A stretch of 64,000 nucleotides of DNA, from positions 8,235,220 to 8,299,219 of the forward strand of contig MU054323.1 in NCBI GenBank assembly GCA_013239625.1. The letters run 5' to 3'. Below the pieces are notes generated by a model. That model made no database searches. It saw only the letters and a program-made list of their open reading frames with translations, and had not been told where the DNA came from. Source of the stretch: Lama guanicoe (Eukaryota). This document shows, one piece after another, positions 13,430 to 25,524 of the stretch; position 1 is the stretch's first letter; each line of letters opens with the position of its first letter. A program made the translations under genes and the position numbers.

Positions 13430-14350
13430 TTTTGTGATGTCTTATTCTTAAAAAAATAATTTATCTCCATCTGTATACTACTTCTTCTTCCCCTAACCTC
13501 CCAACAGAAAATGATTTACCTGAATCAGAATTCAGTGTCTATATTATTATCTACATATTATTTTTACATTTATGTATTAGTACATATTATGTGTGTATTA
13601 TTCAAATATTGCTCACAGCTGAGTTCCTTAGTGCAGCATGATTACATTTTCTTTCTTGTAAGGCTTTTTGTTTTTCCCAGAGTTAATAATCACTTTGTTT
13701 TTCTTTTGCTTAGGTTTCAGTATATCTATCATTATTTCATCCCCAAACTTTCTCTGCAGAACGGTAAAGTTCCTCTTAGTATGTTTACATACATTACATC
13801 ATCTATAGGTTCACTTTGTTTTCTTGAGGGCATCATTCTTGAAACTCCTGACTCCTGATTCTAATCTGGACTCATTGCTTTTCAGGCCTGCTGCGTGCAC
13901 CACCATCATCCTTGGGCTTCTCTCCACTGTATTCCACTGTGTTGACATCCTCTGTTTCCTGGCTCCCATGTCTTCTTTTTTCTTAGTTTACTTACTAGTT
14001 TTAATGGAAAATTTAGTTTACTTATTAGTTTTAATGGAAGCTCCAAAAGCTTCCTGAGACAAGGTGCATGAGGTAATTATTTTTAGAATTTACGTGTCAA
14101 AAAATGTTTCACCTTCACTCTTGATTAATCATCTAGCTATGACTTAATCCTACATTGGAATTTTTTCCTTAGAATTTTGAAGATGTTTAGCCACCATCTT
14201 CCAACACAAGACCAAAATTATTCTGATTCCTGATCCTCTGTTTGTATTTTTATTTTCCTTTATGGAAGCTTGTGTTCTGAAATGTAATGATGACACGACA
14301 GTGTAGACTATTAAAAATTTTTTCCTCAGATATCTAGTGCCTTTCAACTT
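13430..14350 (-). mobile_element. Ancient HAL1/L1M-like remnant
   Basis: T-rich strand. The reverse complement resembles 3600-4260 (e.g. ttccttagaattttgaag). Contains a 30-bp tandem duplication at 13983-14039. Confidence 0.55.
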
Positions 14351-15949
14351 TCAATTCATACTTCACTACTGAGGTTCAGACAAGCTGACCAGAGGTTCAT
14401 TCTTGCACATCACTGTGACTGGTGGCCCTGAGTCGGGAACCTGCCTGGCCAGCTCTGTCCACATGGTGAGCTCCTGTCCTCTCTGGGCTCTGCTGGGCTG
14501 GGGAAGGGGTGCCAAGTGGATTGTAGGGCAAAAGAAGGAATCACATAAGACTTTCAGTCCAGTTTTCTGTTGTCATCTGACCCTGCATCCTGGCATTCCG
14601 AGGTTCCTGAGCCTTTCTGGGTTCTTGAGTCCATCATCCCAAACCCTGCTTCCAAGCAATCTGTTTCCAGTTTCCTGCTCTAAGTCTGTATCAGGGATCT
14701 ATTTGCTTTCCACTTTTGACATTTTTGTTGACTTCTCTCAACCACTCTCACCTCTAGAGTTCTTTTGTCCTTATGTGTTTCTTTCTCTTTTTTCTAATTC
14801 CTTTACACTTCTTTCAGTGGAGGAAAGAAACAGCGATAAAAGATGCTCATTTCTCCATGTTAACTGGAAGCCCTGGCACTTTGCTTTTTTCACTTTACAA
14901 TATACCTTGGAGACGGCTCCACACCTAACATAAAACTTCTCCTTTTCTCGAAAGACAGTGTCCCACTGATGCATGGACTCATCCACATTTATTTCATTCA
15001 TGCCCTCTTGATACAAGTGCAATGGCCAGGCCAATGCATGTCTCCCTTTCTGAAGCAGCCTTCCAGTCCTTCCCCTGTTCTCTCCATTCTTCAAAGCTCT
15101 TGACAGCTCTTCACATCCTCAGCTGCTCCCCAGGACTGGGTCTTCTGGGTCTGGAGACTCACCTTGGTTAGAGGCAGCAGCAAACTCTCCCTGTTATCAT
15201 CCCACCCACCTTGAATTTCTGTGCCCACTCAGTGCTTGTCCTGCTCTGCCTCATCTGAAAGTCTCCGATATGGAGAAACAAAAGCAGAGTAGGCATGGAG
15301 CCACTGCATCTCCTCTCTGCCTTCCTGAAGCAATGGCGTCCCAACCCCCTCCCATCTCACTGACCCATCCTGCTCTTCAAGTCCCCCAGACGTGGGAGCC
15401 TGTGGGCAGGAGCTACCCAAGGGGCGGGAGCAGCCAAAAGAAGGGGCAGCCTGAGGCAGCTTTGAGAGAAGCTGGTGGGAGACACTGGGCTGAAGTGGAG
15501 CCTTTGCTGGCATCACTAGCGGGGCCCTGCCTCCCTGGCACAAATCAGATCTGGCCAGGCCCTTCTCATGGGGAGGTCATCTTCAGCAGGGGTGAAAAGA
15601 GGTGGGAAACAGGAACAAGGCAGGGGCAGCCTCACAGCCTGGGTGGGCAGCTCAGAGAGGAAGAGTCCTTAAGGACAGCTTTTCACCAGGACATCTTTCT
15701 GAGAAGGCCGGTATAGAACACATGAAGATGAGGGTCTATGTCAGAGAGACTGAACCCTCCCCTCATTCCTCTCTCTAGGTTCATTCCCCCCACCACCACC
15801 ACGACACTCACTCCGGGGCAGCCTCGAGGGCACACGTGAGGAGCCCCAGGGATCCAGAGAATATCACTTGAGAGTCCTTGCACTTTCTGGAGTGGAGCAG
15901 GCATGGTCATGTTCAAGTGGTGAGAGAATAAATTAGTGCCAACTGTCTA

Positions 15950-16510
15950 CAGGACAATCCTGTTACCTCATCAACATTTTAAATACACCCACCCTTTTCC
16001 CAGCATTTCTATGGCTAGAAATCCTTCCTATGGATTTTCTCTCACCTGTTGGATGAGCTCTTTGTACAGAAATGTTTACACTAGCCTTATTTGTGAAACT
16101 AAAACCCATAAACAGCTTAAGTGTTTGTTATGGAGGGGATGGTAAAATGTTTCTTCCATAGGAAGGAGCGTTCCACAGCCATTAAAAAGAACGAAGCAGA
16201 TCTCTATGTGCTTTATGTAGAACTAGTTAATGTGAAAACTTAAAGAAAAAAAAAAGGTCCAGAACATTATGAACCTACACTATGAACGTGTAAACGCAAC
16301 AGTTTGAATGGGATACAATTTCTTAAGGATATTTATGTAGGTCTAGCTATGAAACATTTTTTTCTAGAAGACTCGATGAGAAGCTAACTGTGGGCAGTGG
16401 CTATCTTCAGGGAGAAGGCCTGGGAAGAGGGAAGGGACATATTTACATTTCATCTAGAATTTTCTCTGCTATTTGAATTTTCTAGCCATGCTCACATATT
16501 ATTTTTTAAA
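15950..16510 (+). mobile_element. Old L1 (L1ME-like) 3' fragment
   Basis: Motifs such as cacagccattaaaaagaacgaagcagatctctatgtgct. Confidence 0.6.
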
Positions 16511-17558
16511 CTTTGTTTCATTTTCTAAAATATTTGGTTCTTTCAGTTTTAGTCCAGTGTTCCTTTTTAGAAAATATCAATAAGAGATATATGGGTTGTA
16601 AGATATAGGTTATTTGGAGTTTTGCCATATTTTTCCATATTTAAAAAAGTAAATAAATATTAAGTTTAGAAGGAAAATCATGTAACTCTGTGACTGTCCC
16701 TGGTCTCCATGGCTCCCTGTGACTCAGCCATCCCTCAGTCCCCATCTGAGCCTGGGGAGTCTCATGCTTGTAGCAAAGTCTTTGCCCTGACTGGGACCTT
16801 GCATGGGAAGTGTGGCTTCCAGGCTGGGCATGATGGTTGGGGAGGGTGAGTCCAAGCAGAGGGTCTCAAAGTGGTCACCTCACTCCAGCTGCACCCCACC
16901 CCACCAAAAATGCCTTAGTGAGCCCACTTATTCCTCTAACAAGTTTTCATGAGCACCTGGCCCACCTGGGCTCTCCTACATCTCTCGTGCCAGCTACTCC
17001 CTCTGCAGTCCCGGCAGGGATCGTCGTGATGGGTGTCTTTAGCCTGGTGCCTTCCCCGCTGTCCCGTCGCCTGCATGAGAACAGGAACTGTGCACTGCTC
17101 CCCATGACACTCCCAGTGCCATCACTGTGTCTGCCACGTACCAGGCACTGGAGGGATGCTTGGGAGGGAAGGGAGGGCTAAGAGAGACTCAGCAGCGCAT
17201 CAGCTTTACCCAGCTAGTGGGTTAGCCAATCAAATGGGCTTCAGACCTATTTCCTAAGTCCTGTCCTCCTTTTCCTCATCATCCCAGGGAGGTCCTGTCC
17301 ACCTCTGGGATTGTATGAAGAAACCCTGCCTTGAATCCCATAGCAGCCCAAAGCTTAACATTTGATTCAAATCTAGTCGTATCCTGGAAATCATGACCTC
17401 AGACCCCTGGGGCTGGGGTCCGTCTCTGCCTGTCCGCGGTCCCCTCATCTCCAGCACTCAGTAGCTCTGAGCAGGGACCATGCTCAAGGACCAGAGTGAG
17501 GCTGTACCAGGGCAAGACTGCAGCTCAAGGGGAGGGAGAGGGCGCACCCTCTACTCAC

Positions 17559-17593
17559 CACAGGATTTCATTTCTGGTCAAGAAGGTCAAGGC
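17559..17593 (-). CDS. CIB4: CIB4 coding exon 2, ALTFLTRNEIL(C)
   Basis: Acceptor TTGCAG|GCC TTG ACC TTC TTG ACC AGA AAT GAA ATC CTG TG|GTGAGT donor. 35 nt, splices in frame with exons 1 and 3. Confidence 0.96.
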
Positions 17594-18065
17594 CTGCAAC
17601 AAACCACAGAGAGGTGACCTGCTCACTCTGTCCAGCCCTGCCCTGGCCCCCTGGGGAGCAGGGAGCTTCAGGGACCGGGGAGGAAAAGCTCATGCTGTCA
17701 TGCCACAGCCAGGGAATGGAGGCTCCTGGCCCTCGGCAGTGGATGCCAGAGGTGGTGGAGAGGAGGAAACAGTGCCCTGCCCTCCTCTCCCGTCTCTGAT
17801 GGCCTCAGGGAGGAGCACGTTAGTACAGAAATGCAGAGAGGATTGGACACAATGCTAAAACCCTGCGCTCTGGAGCAGAAGACAAATGGGGGAGGGGTCC
17901 TCGGAAGGCTGGTCTGGATCACATGGATGGAGGTTTAGCAAAGGCAAGGGCCATCACCACCCTGCCTGATAAACTCTCCAGCTTCAGGCAAGAGTTTGCC
18001 TACCCATCCCACCAGCCTCAGGAAGCTCCCGCCTCTGCCCAGCATCTCCTGCCTGACCTACCCAC

Positions 18066-18119
18066 CTGGTATTCTTCCAAGTCCTCCCAGTGCATCTGGT
18101 ACCTTAAACATTGCCCCAT
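18066..18119 (-). CDS. CIB4: CIB4 coding exon 1 (calcium and integrin binding family member 4), [18 protein letters not shown]
   Basis: Reverse complement reads ATG GGG CAA TGT ... GAA TAC CAG followed by donor GTGGGT. The peptide matches the CIB4 N-terminus as recalled. 54 nt, phase 0. Synteny with KCNK3 agrees. Confidence 0.96.
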
Positions 18120-18179
18120 GCCAACCCCACCCTTCTCTCTGCCAGCGGAACCTCAGCCCCTAGGGCTCATCAGCTGTGC

Positions 18180-18330
18180 ACTAAGTGATCGGTTGTCATG
18201 GTAACCTACATTCCACCTTCTGCCCATTCTACCTGAGCCCCTGAGTGGGCAAAGAAACAGATTCTTTTGGTTCCCAAGGCTAGTTGACATCACCCCCGAA
18301 ACAGCAAACAGAAAGGAAGCCCAATAGCAG
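18180..18330 (-). promoter_or_regulatory. CIB4 proximal promoter with RFX X-box (18192-18205), CRE-like TGACATCA (18285-18292) and CCAAT (18321-18325)
   Basis: GTTGTCATGGTAAC is one mismatch from the X-box consensus GTTRCCATGGYAAC and lies about 73 bp upstream of the ATG. Not a CpG island. Confidence 0.65.
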
Positions 18331-18570
18331 GTCTGAGAGTCATACTGTTGTCCCATTGCCTGGGTTCGGATCCCAGATCTGCCGCATGCTGACCAGACAC
18401 GTGACTTTCAGCAAGTTACTCAACCTCTCTGTCTTAGTTTCCTCATCTGTAAAAAGAGAATCATAAATGCCTACTTTATAAAATGATCGCAAGGCTAAAA
18501 TTAAATGATAGATCTATAAACCTCTTATTTAGCAAGGTACCTGGCACATAAGGAGTACTTAATAAAGGGA
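18330..18570 (+). mobile_element. MIR SINE
   Basis: MIR core: gggttcggatcccag ... agcaagttactcaacctctctgtcttagtttcctcatctgtaaaa ... cctggcacataagg. Confidence 0.85.
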
Positions 18571-19069
18571 AAGCAATATTATTACTTTTTAAAGTTGGGC
18601 CTGGAAGGAAGGGTAAGATTTTAGCCAGCAAAGTCCGTAGTTCCATCCCATCTTCTGGTTAACCCTCTGAGCTCCTATTCTCATTTACTGAGCAGCTTTT
18701 CTTGCCAGGTGTGTCCACAGATACTGTCTCCTGCTGTGCTCACAGAGCTCTGGGGAAGGCGGAAGCTGGTGTGGTCCAGTGATGCTATGGGGTCACTCAG
18801 CTGGCCAGTGGCCAAGGAGGGAACTGAAGCCTGGATCGCAGGACTGGGGTTCCCACAGTGCAAGGTGGGAACTAGGGGAGCTTTGGGATCGTGCCCCGGA
18901 AGGCTACTTCCTTCTCAAGTCTCGCTCGCTTGGATCTCTTGTTCCAGGAGGTGTAAGTGGCAGCAGGCACTGGTGTGTGCCTTTCACACCTGGTTGACAC
19001 TTGCTAAAAGGAGAACAAAAACAAACTAGAGAACATCCCTGCTGCTCAGAGCTTTTAGCTACTCACTCC

Positions 19070-19330
19070 ACAGCTATTTACTGAGCCTGGCAGTGGAGAC
19101 AGAGTGATTAAGCCAGACAAGACCCTGCCCTCGTGGAGCTAGACGGCCGTAGGAAAACCAACACCCCTTAGTGATAAGGGCTATGAAAGAAACAAAGCAA
19201 AGATGGAGATGGGGTGGGGCTGGAGAGGCTTCCTAAGGAGGGGCCACTTGGGCAGAGACCTGAGGGATAAGGAGAGATGAGCCAGACTGAGAAGACCAAA
19301 GAGTTTTCCAAGCCCAGAAAGGAACAACTT
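19070..19330 (-). mobile_element. L2 fragment
   Basis: Antisense L2 3' motifs (tatttactgagc ... agacaagaccctgccctcgtggagctag). Confidence 0.6.
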
Positions 19331-20149
19331 CCAGCTAGAATTTAATGACACTCTTTGGTTTTCCTTATATTTGTTTATATAGTTCCTTCCATTCTGAAAA
19401 TGATGCAGGTTTGCCATTTATACCTGTGATATATTTCCTTTATAAGTGTATCTGTTTGATGAAGAGAAATAGGAGCCCATATAAAGAAAAATATTAAGTA
19501 AATAATTAGACTGGTGGTAACAGAATATACCAGAAGCCACAAAGCTGTCTCTCTCTCATCTCACACACAGGTAACCAAGGTTGGCAAATCCTGCTACCCT
19601 CCTCTCTCCTTTGGTTTCCATCCCCTCACATCGCTCCCCTCACCCTCTGCCCACTCCACTCCCACACACAGGCTCTGTGATTTCATCCTGGAGGGGGTTT
19701 TCATTGGTTCCCACAAATAACAGTAGTAACAAAAAGAATATCACCTTACATTTGCATAGCTCTTTGTAATTCCGAAATGCTTTTCTATGTGCCTTCCCAT
19801 TTGCTCAAGAAACAAAAGCCTATGCTCCTTACAAAAAAAGAAAAGAAAAAAATTCCCCAAATGATTCTGCCTTCAATACACTAACCAGCTAGCATCCTTA
19901 CCCACCTCCAGCCTACAATCTCTCAAACTCCTCTTTGGCAGGGATTCTGAATGGAGAGCAGGCCCACGCCTGCCCCAACAGTTCCGCATCCTTCCCCTCC
20001 AGGGTACGTCCCTTCATGAACCCTCTGCATGGCATGAAATGCATTTTTGCGAAGTTTCTGTCACCTGGCAATGAACTCCACCGACTGTTCAAACAGCAAC
20101 CCCTACTCTGACCTTGATTTAGATGTCTCTTCAAATTCAAAAAGGGCTG

Positions 20150-21450
20150 AGATAGAATTTGTATCCAGAATACATAAAGAATGCTAACCACTCAACAATA
20201 AAAAGACAAATTTTTTAAGCCCAACTTAAAAAAACAGGCAAAGTATTTAAAGAGACATTTCTCCAAAGAAGATATTTATGAATGACCGAGGAGCTCATGA
20301 AAAGATGCTCACCATCCTAGCCATCAGGGAGATAACAAATCAAAACTGCAGTGACACACCACTGCACATCCACCAGGAGGGCAAGGGTGTGGAGAAATCA
20401 GAGCCGTCATACACTGCTAGTGGGCATGTTAAATGGTGAGGCCACTTTCGAAGAGATTTTGGCAGCTCCTCAAAATATTAAGCAGAGTTACCATATACTA
20501 ATAACAAGACAATAGGCTCAAAATGGAGTCACTCATGCTAAACCCTACATCACCAAACCAAAACTTAACTTAATTAGTTTCAGCTCTCCCAGAAATGCAA
20601 TCTTAAAACCAGTCAGCCAGGAATTGGTTGATCAGCGCAAGTGAGGTCGTCTGCCCGACAGACCCCTGCCAGCCCCGAAGGGAAAGTGACTGTGGAACAA
20701 CCAATCTGCTTTTTGCTACTATAATTTCCTCATTCTTCCTCGCTTCTGCCTATAAAAGCTTTTCCTTTTGTGCAGCTCCTCAGAGTTCCTCTCTATCTGC
20801 TAGATTTTGATTCATGAATCATTGAATAAAGCCAATGAGAACTTTAAAATTTACACAGATGAATTTTGTTTTTTAACAGCTATGATCCAGCAATTCCACT
20901 TCTGTCTATATACCCAAGAAAAATGAAAACATTTGTCCACATTAAAAAAAAAAACTGGTACATGAATGTTCATTGCTGCTTTATTCACAACAGCCCCACA
21001 GTAGAGACAGCCCAAGTTTTCATCAACTGATGAATGTATAAATAAAAGGTGATGTATGCATCCAATGGAGTGTTATTCGACAATAAAAATAAATGAAGTA
21101 TTGATACATGGTACAGCATGGATGAAGCTTGAAAATGTTACACAAAATGAAGGAAGCTATTCACAAAAGGTCACATACTGTATGATTTCCTTTATATGAA
21201 ATGCCTAGAATAGACAAATCTGTAGAGACAGAAAGTAGATCAGTGGTTGCCAGGAGCTAGGGCAAGGGGAGTCTGGGGGAGAGGCGTTCCTGCTAATAAA
21301 TATGGGGTTTCTTTGGGGGGTGATGAAAATATTCTAAAATTAGATGGTGGTGATGGTGGTACAACTCTGTGAATACACTGAAAAAATACCAAGTTGTACC
21401 CTTTTAATGAATTGTATAGTATATCAACTATATTTTAATCAAGTGTTTAC
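20150..21450 (+). mobile_element. L1 (L1MB/MC-like) ORF2 end and 3' UTR, interrupted by a solo LTR
   Basis: Motifs agacatttctccaaagaagatat, tgatccagcaattccact, gagacagaaagtagatcagtggttgccagg. Confidence 0.9.
20496..20878 (+). mobile_element. ERV1-like solo LTR inserted in L1
   Basis: Splits the L1 motif ttaccata|tgatccagc. Contains aaaatggagtc, CCAAT (20701), TATAAAA (20751) and AATAAA (20825), and ends ttaaca. Confidence 0.8.
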
Positions 21451-22949
21451 TGAAAACAATTTCAAGAGGGCTTTATACCCGAACTTAGTGCATGACACAT
21501 AGTAGGGCCACCATAAACATTAAAGGAATGTGTAAGTGAGATAACACATTTTGAATTTGTTTCCGATCTACTTCCTCAGCCTATGAGTCTTGTAGCCCAA
21601 GGGGGCTCCCCCCACTGCAGCTGTTCAGTGCTGAGGTGAGGGTAGATCTTGCTGGAGAAAGTCACTGCCCAGCTCTGAACACCAGCTAGGTTTTTATTTG
21701 AATTCCCTGCAACTGAGCAGACTGGGAAACCACCCTCTGTCTGGAGAGAGGATTTTCTAAATTCCTTTGATGTGGCAAGAGAAAGGTCTAGGGGCGGGGG
21801 GCGGTGCAGATCCTGTTCTTTGCAGGGGCATCCTGACAGGCAAGAGAAAAAGGGATGGAAGGCCTGCCCTTCCATCTTAGGGACAGAGGGGATGAGGAAG
21901 GTGGTGAGGAAGCTAGGCTGTCATGTGCTCAGGACCCAAAGATGGGCGTCAGGATTTTAGAAACATCCCTGGATGCTGGGAATCTCAGAGCTTGAGTCGT
22001 ACTTCTCCAGGCTCACTGGTGAGGGGAGTCGGGGGTACTGCTCACCTCTAGAGGTCTGCCTTCTAATCCCGGCCATTTCCAGCACAGTGCGAAGCCCAGG
22101 TGCCCCAGCGGCAGGGGAAGTGGGACCATGGCAGGGCTCCCGGCTTCCTTGCAGTGCAGGGGACCCAGAAGCTCCCACATGCCCCAGGGAGAACATCAGA
22201 GGGGCTGAGCGCTCAAGCAAACGCCTGGCCAGGATGCAGAGCCCAGCAAGGCCCTTTCCCAGGAACTAATGGAACACCATGGACCCCCCAGTGCATGTCA
22301 GCACAGTACCCTGAAGGCCTGGTGTGACTGTCAGACCTCATTGGACCCCAGCAAAAATGCAGAGAACAAGCACAGACCCAAGGACGCCTCCCCATGGCCA
22401 GGGGAGCCCCCCTCATGCACCTGGATACCGACTTGGGGTACAGGAGCAGTGACAAAGCATGAAGCACTGAATATTTACACAAAGGGACTGGCTCACCCCA
22501 AGAGACCGTTTAAAGCAGTTCTTCTGTTTCCCATTTACATTGTCTGTGGGAAGAGAAGGATTGTTAGAGCGGAAGGTGGTGATGTTGAAACAGACAGTGA
22601 ATCTTCAAATAGATGGAACGTTTGTACGGGAAAGAAATAATTCAACTTAGAAGACAATGAAATATTATTAACGACAAGTCTAAGGGTGGAGACTTGAGAG
22701 GAAGATCTGAGCAGCGTTAGAGAATAAACTCTCTTTTCCTTGCAGGCTGAGGAAAGGCTCCATGGCTGGGCCAGGAAGAGAACACTGAAGTCAGAGCAGC
22801 TGGAGGGGGCCTGCCTGGGAAGCCAGGGAGAGCCCAGGCCCCTGAGGGCTGGTCCAGCAGGCCCTAGTGACCCTCACCAGCCAGACGAGCTGGGCTGGAG
22901 CCTGGACGCTGACAGTGAGGGAAGGAGGGTAAGGTGGGGGATTCTGGCC

Positions 22950-23642
22950 AGGTGTACCCTACACCGCCCACTGTCTGTAAGCACACCACACATCACCTTT
23001 CCCGTCACACTCAGCTCAAGGGCATGAAACACAGCTGCAAGTTCTGGGGTTCCCAGGTCCTCTGTGCTTCTACTAAGTGGCCACTACCCCTCAGGTTTGG
23101 TGATTCGTTAGAACAATTCACAGAAATCAGAAAAACACTATTCATATGACAACAGTTTTATGAAAAAGGGTACAAATCAGGATCAGCCCAAAGAAGAGAC
23201 ACATCATGGGAAATCTCAGTCTCAAATGTGAAGCTTCTGTGTCTTCAGGATGCATCGCTCTCCTGGACCGTGGATATGCAACACTAACCAGGAAGAGCTC
23301 ACCCGAGCCTGAGTTCAGAATTTTCTTGGAGTCTCATCCTGTGAGCATGGTTGAGTGAATCATCAGTCACGTGACTGCACTTAATCTCCGGGCTTCCACC
23401 CCTCCGCAGAGGTCAGGCTGACATCAGCTGGCTCAAAACTCAAGCCTCTAATTGCATGGTTGGTCCTTCTGGCACGGCCAGCCCCCATCCTGAGTCATCT
23501 CATTAGCATGAACTCAGATTTGATCTGAAGAGCCCACCATGCGTGGCTAAGACACTCCTATCACTTGGGAAATCCCAAGGATATAGTGGTTACCTCCTAG
23601 GAGCCTGGGAATAAGCCATCTGAATTCTTTCTTACACAACAC
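22950..23642 (-). mobile_element. MER21-like LTR
   Basis: Motifs cccctcaggtttggtgattcgttagaac, ctcattagcatgaactcag and gacactcctatcacttgggaaatcccaagg match recalled MER21 antisense text. Confidence 0.75.
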
Positions 23643-25524
23643 TAGGAAATCTGGGGTGGGGTACAGTTAGAGAAATAAAGAACTAGATCCAACCTTTTGA
23701 AAAGAAAGAGACCCCTTCCTCCCCAGAGGAGAGTGAAATTTACTTGGGGTTTAAATAGATTCACCCAGAGGCAGAACGTGGACAGCTAATACCTTGAAAT
23801 TTAAATCTTTGTGTTCTTTTCCACTTTCTCATAAGAGACTTTTTTTTTTAGTCTCTCATTCACATTGCCTGGGGGAGAAGTTAAATTGCTATAGTAGAGG
23901 AAAAGAGCTAGAAGCAGCCAGTGTTCCTTTTTTTTATTAACAAATCAGAATTTTGAGAATCCAGAGGGAAAGCTGAGGGAAGCAGGGTCCAGAGTTTATA
24001 AGAGAAGGACAGAGAGGAAGTATTACATCACCAAGGAGGCTGGCAAGGATCTCCCAACTTCCCACTTGGGGCACTGCCACTGCCAGGCCTGTGGGGCCCA
24101 AGCCTGCAGACAAACCATTTGTTAACCGTTGGGGGGGAGCATCACTCACTGCCTAGAGGGAGGAGCCACATGAATGATCCACTTCCTTGTCGGAGGGGCA
24201 GACGCTCCATCTCAGGTCCAGTCCAGCTGTCACTCAAGGACCGTCCAGCAGAACAGCAGTTTGCTTCCCAAGGCTCTGCTGAACACCATCTGAATTGCCC
24301 AGATGGACAGACCCCACCCCACCCCATCTTCAATGGCCCGGGACACCACAAACTCCACAGAAAAGAGGGTGGGGGGGCCTGGACACTCAGAGGGTGGAGG
24401 ACTGGTAGGGGTATGGGAGGAAGGTCCCAGCACCCGTTCTCTCATGTCCCTGCCCCTCTGCAACTTACATCAGATGCCCTGGGGCCACAGGCCCCACCCT
24501 GACTTCCAGCAATGCTGCGAGGACAGTCTAGGAGAGTTGGTCCACCTCAGAGTGTTGCCCCAAGGATTCTCTTTGTGTTTTCTGTCCCAGGTGGGTAAGC
24601 ACAGCCCAGAAGTTCCAAGTGACACTCCCAGGGGCGGGGAGCCTCCACCCGTGAGGCTGAAAACTGGTAGAGAAAGGCTCCCACATCCACACTTCTGGGC
24701 GACAGCTCTGGGAGGCGCTCTGTGGTTTCTCAGCAGGGCCTGACGGGGTCATAGCCCTTTGAGTCAGAGTGATCTAGACACACACCCCTAGTTGGGCTTC
24801 TCCTCTCTCCCCAGCTCCTCACTCCTGCTCCCTGGGATCGGCTCTCAAGTAAACCACCTGTACAAAATCCTGGTTTCAGTCCTGCTTTTGCTGACACCTC
24901 ACTGGGGCACCCATGACATTGTCAGGAGCCCCTGGGGGTGCTGCCGAGCCACGTGAGAAGAAAGGACATTGCAAAGACTTTGCATTCTGACTGAACTAGT
25001 CCTGAAATTTTAGTTCCAAATTCCCACTGACAAACGCTAAAGATCATTCGTCGTACATCTTCATTTTACAGTAGACGCAGGGCCCGAGAGGAAGCACTTC
25101 TGAGATCACGTGGGGAGATGAGGCACAGCGGGATCTGGAACCCAGCTCATTCCAGGTCTCCTCCCTCCCAGCAGGCCTCTAAAAGCTGCTTGCTGGAGGT
25201 CACTGTGCCAGTTTAATGAGATCCTATCTGTGGAAATGTCTTGTAAACTGTGAAGCATTATAAAAATGCTATTCGTCATGATTTGTGCCAGACCTGGGAC
25301 CGCAACCCAGATCTGCTGGCTCCCCGGCCAGCGCCTTAAGCCCAGCAATAAGAAGATGCATTCAACAGCAATTCACAATTCCTTATTTTCAGAGTCACAC
25401 TCAGAGACACTTGTTAACTAGAAACCCCACGCCAGCCTCCCTCTCTCTCCTGGGCACTCTCCACACTGCTTTCTGCTGGGTGGCTGGGAGGGTGGAGAGG
25501 GCTGGCTGTCCTTCTTCATCTTTT

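Noticed and set aside
2990..14350. Oppositely oriented HAL1-like remnants flanking CIB4 exon 3 as drivers of back-splicing
   Set aside because: The copies are far too diverged for stable pairing to be plausible.
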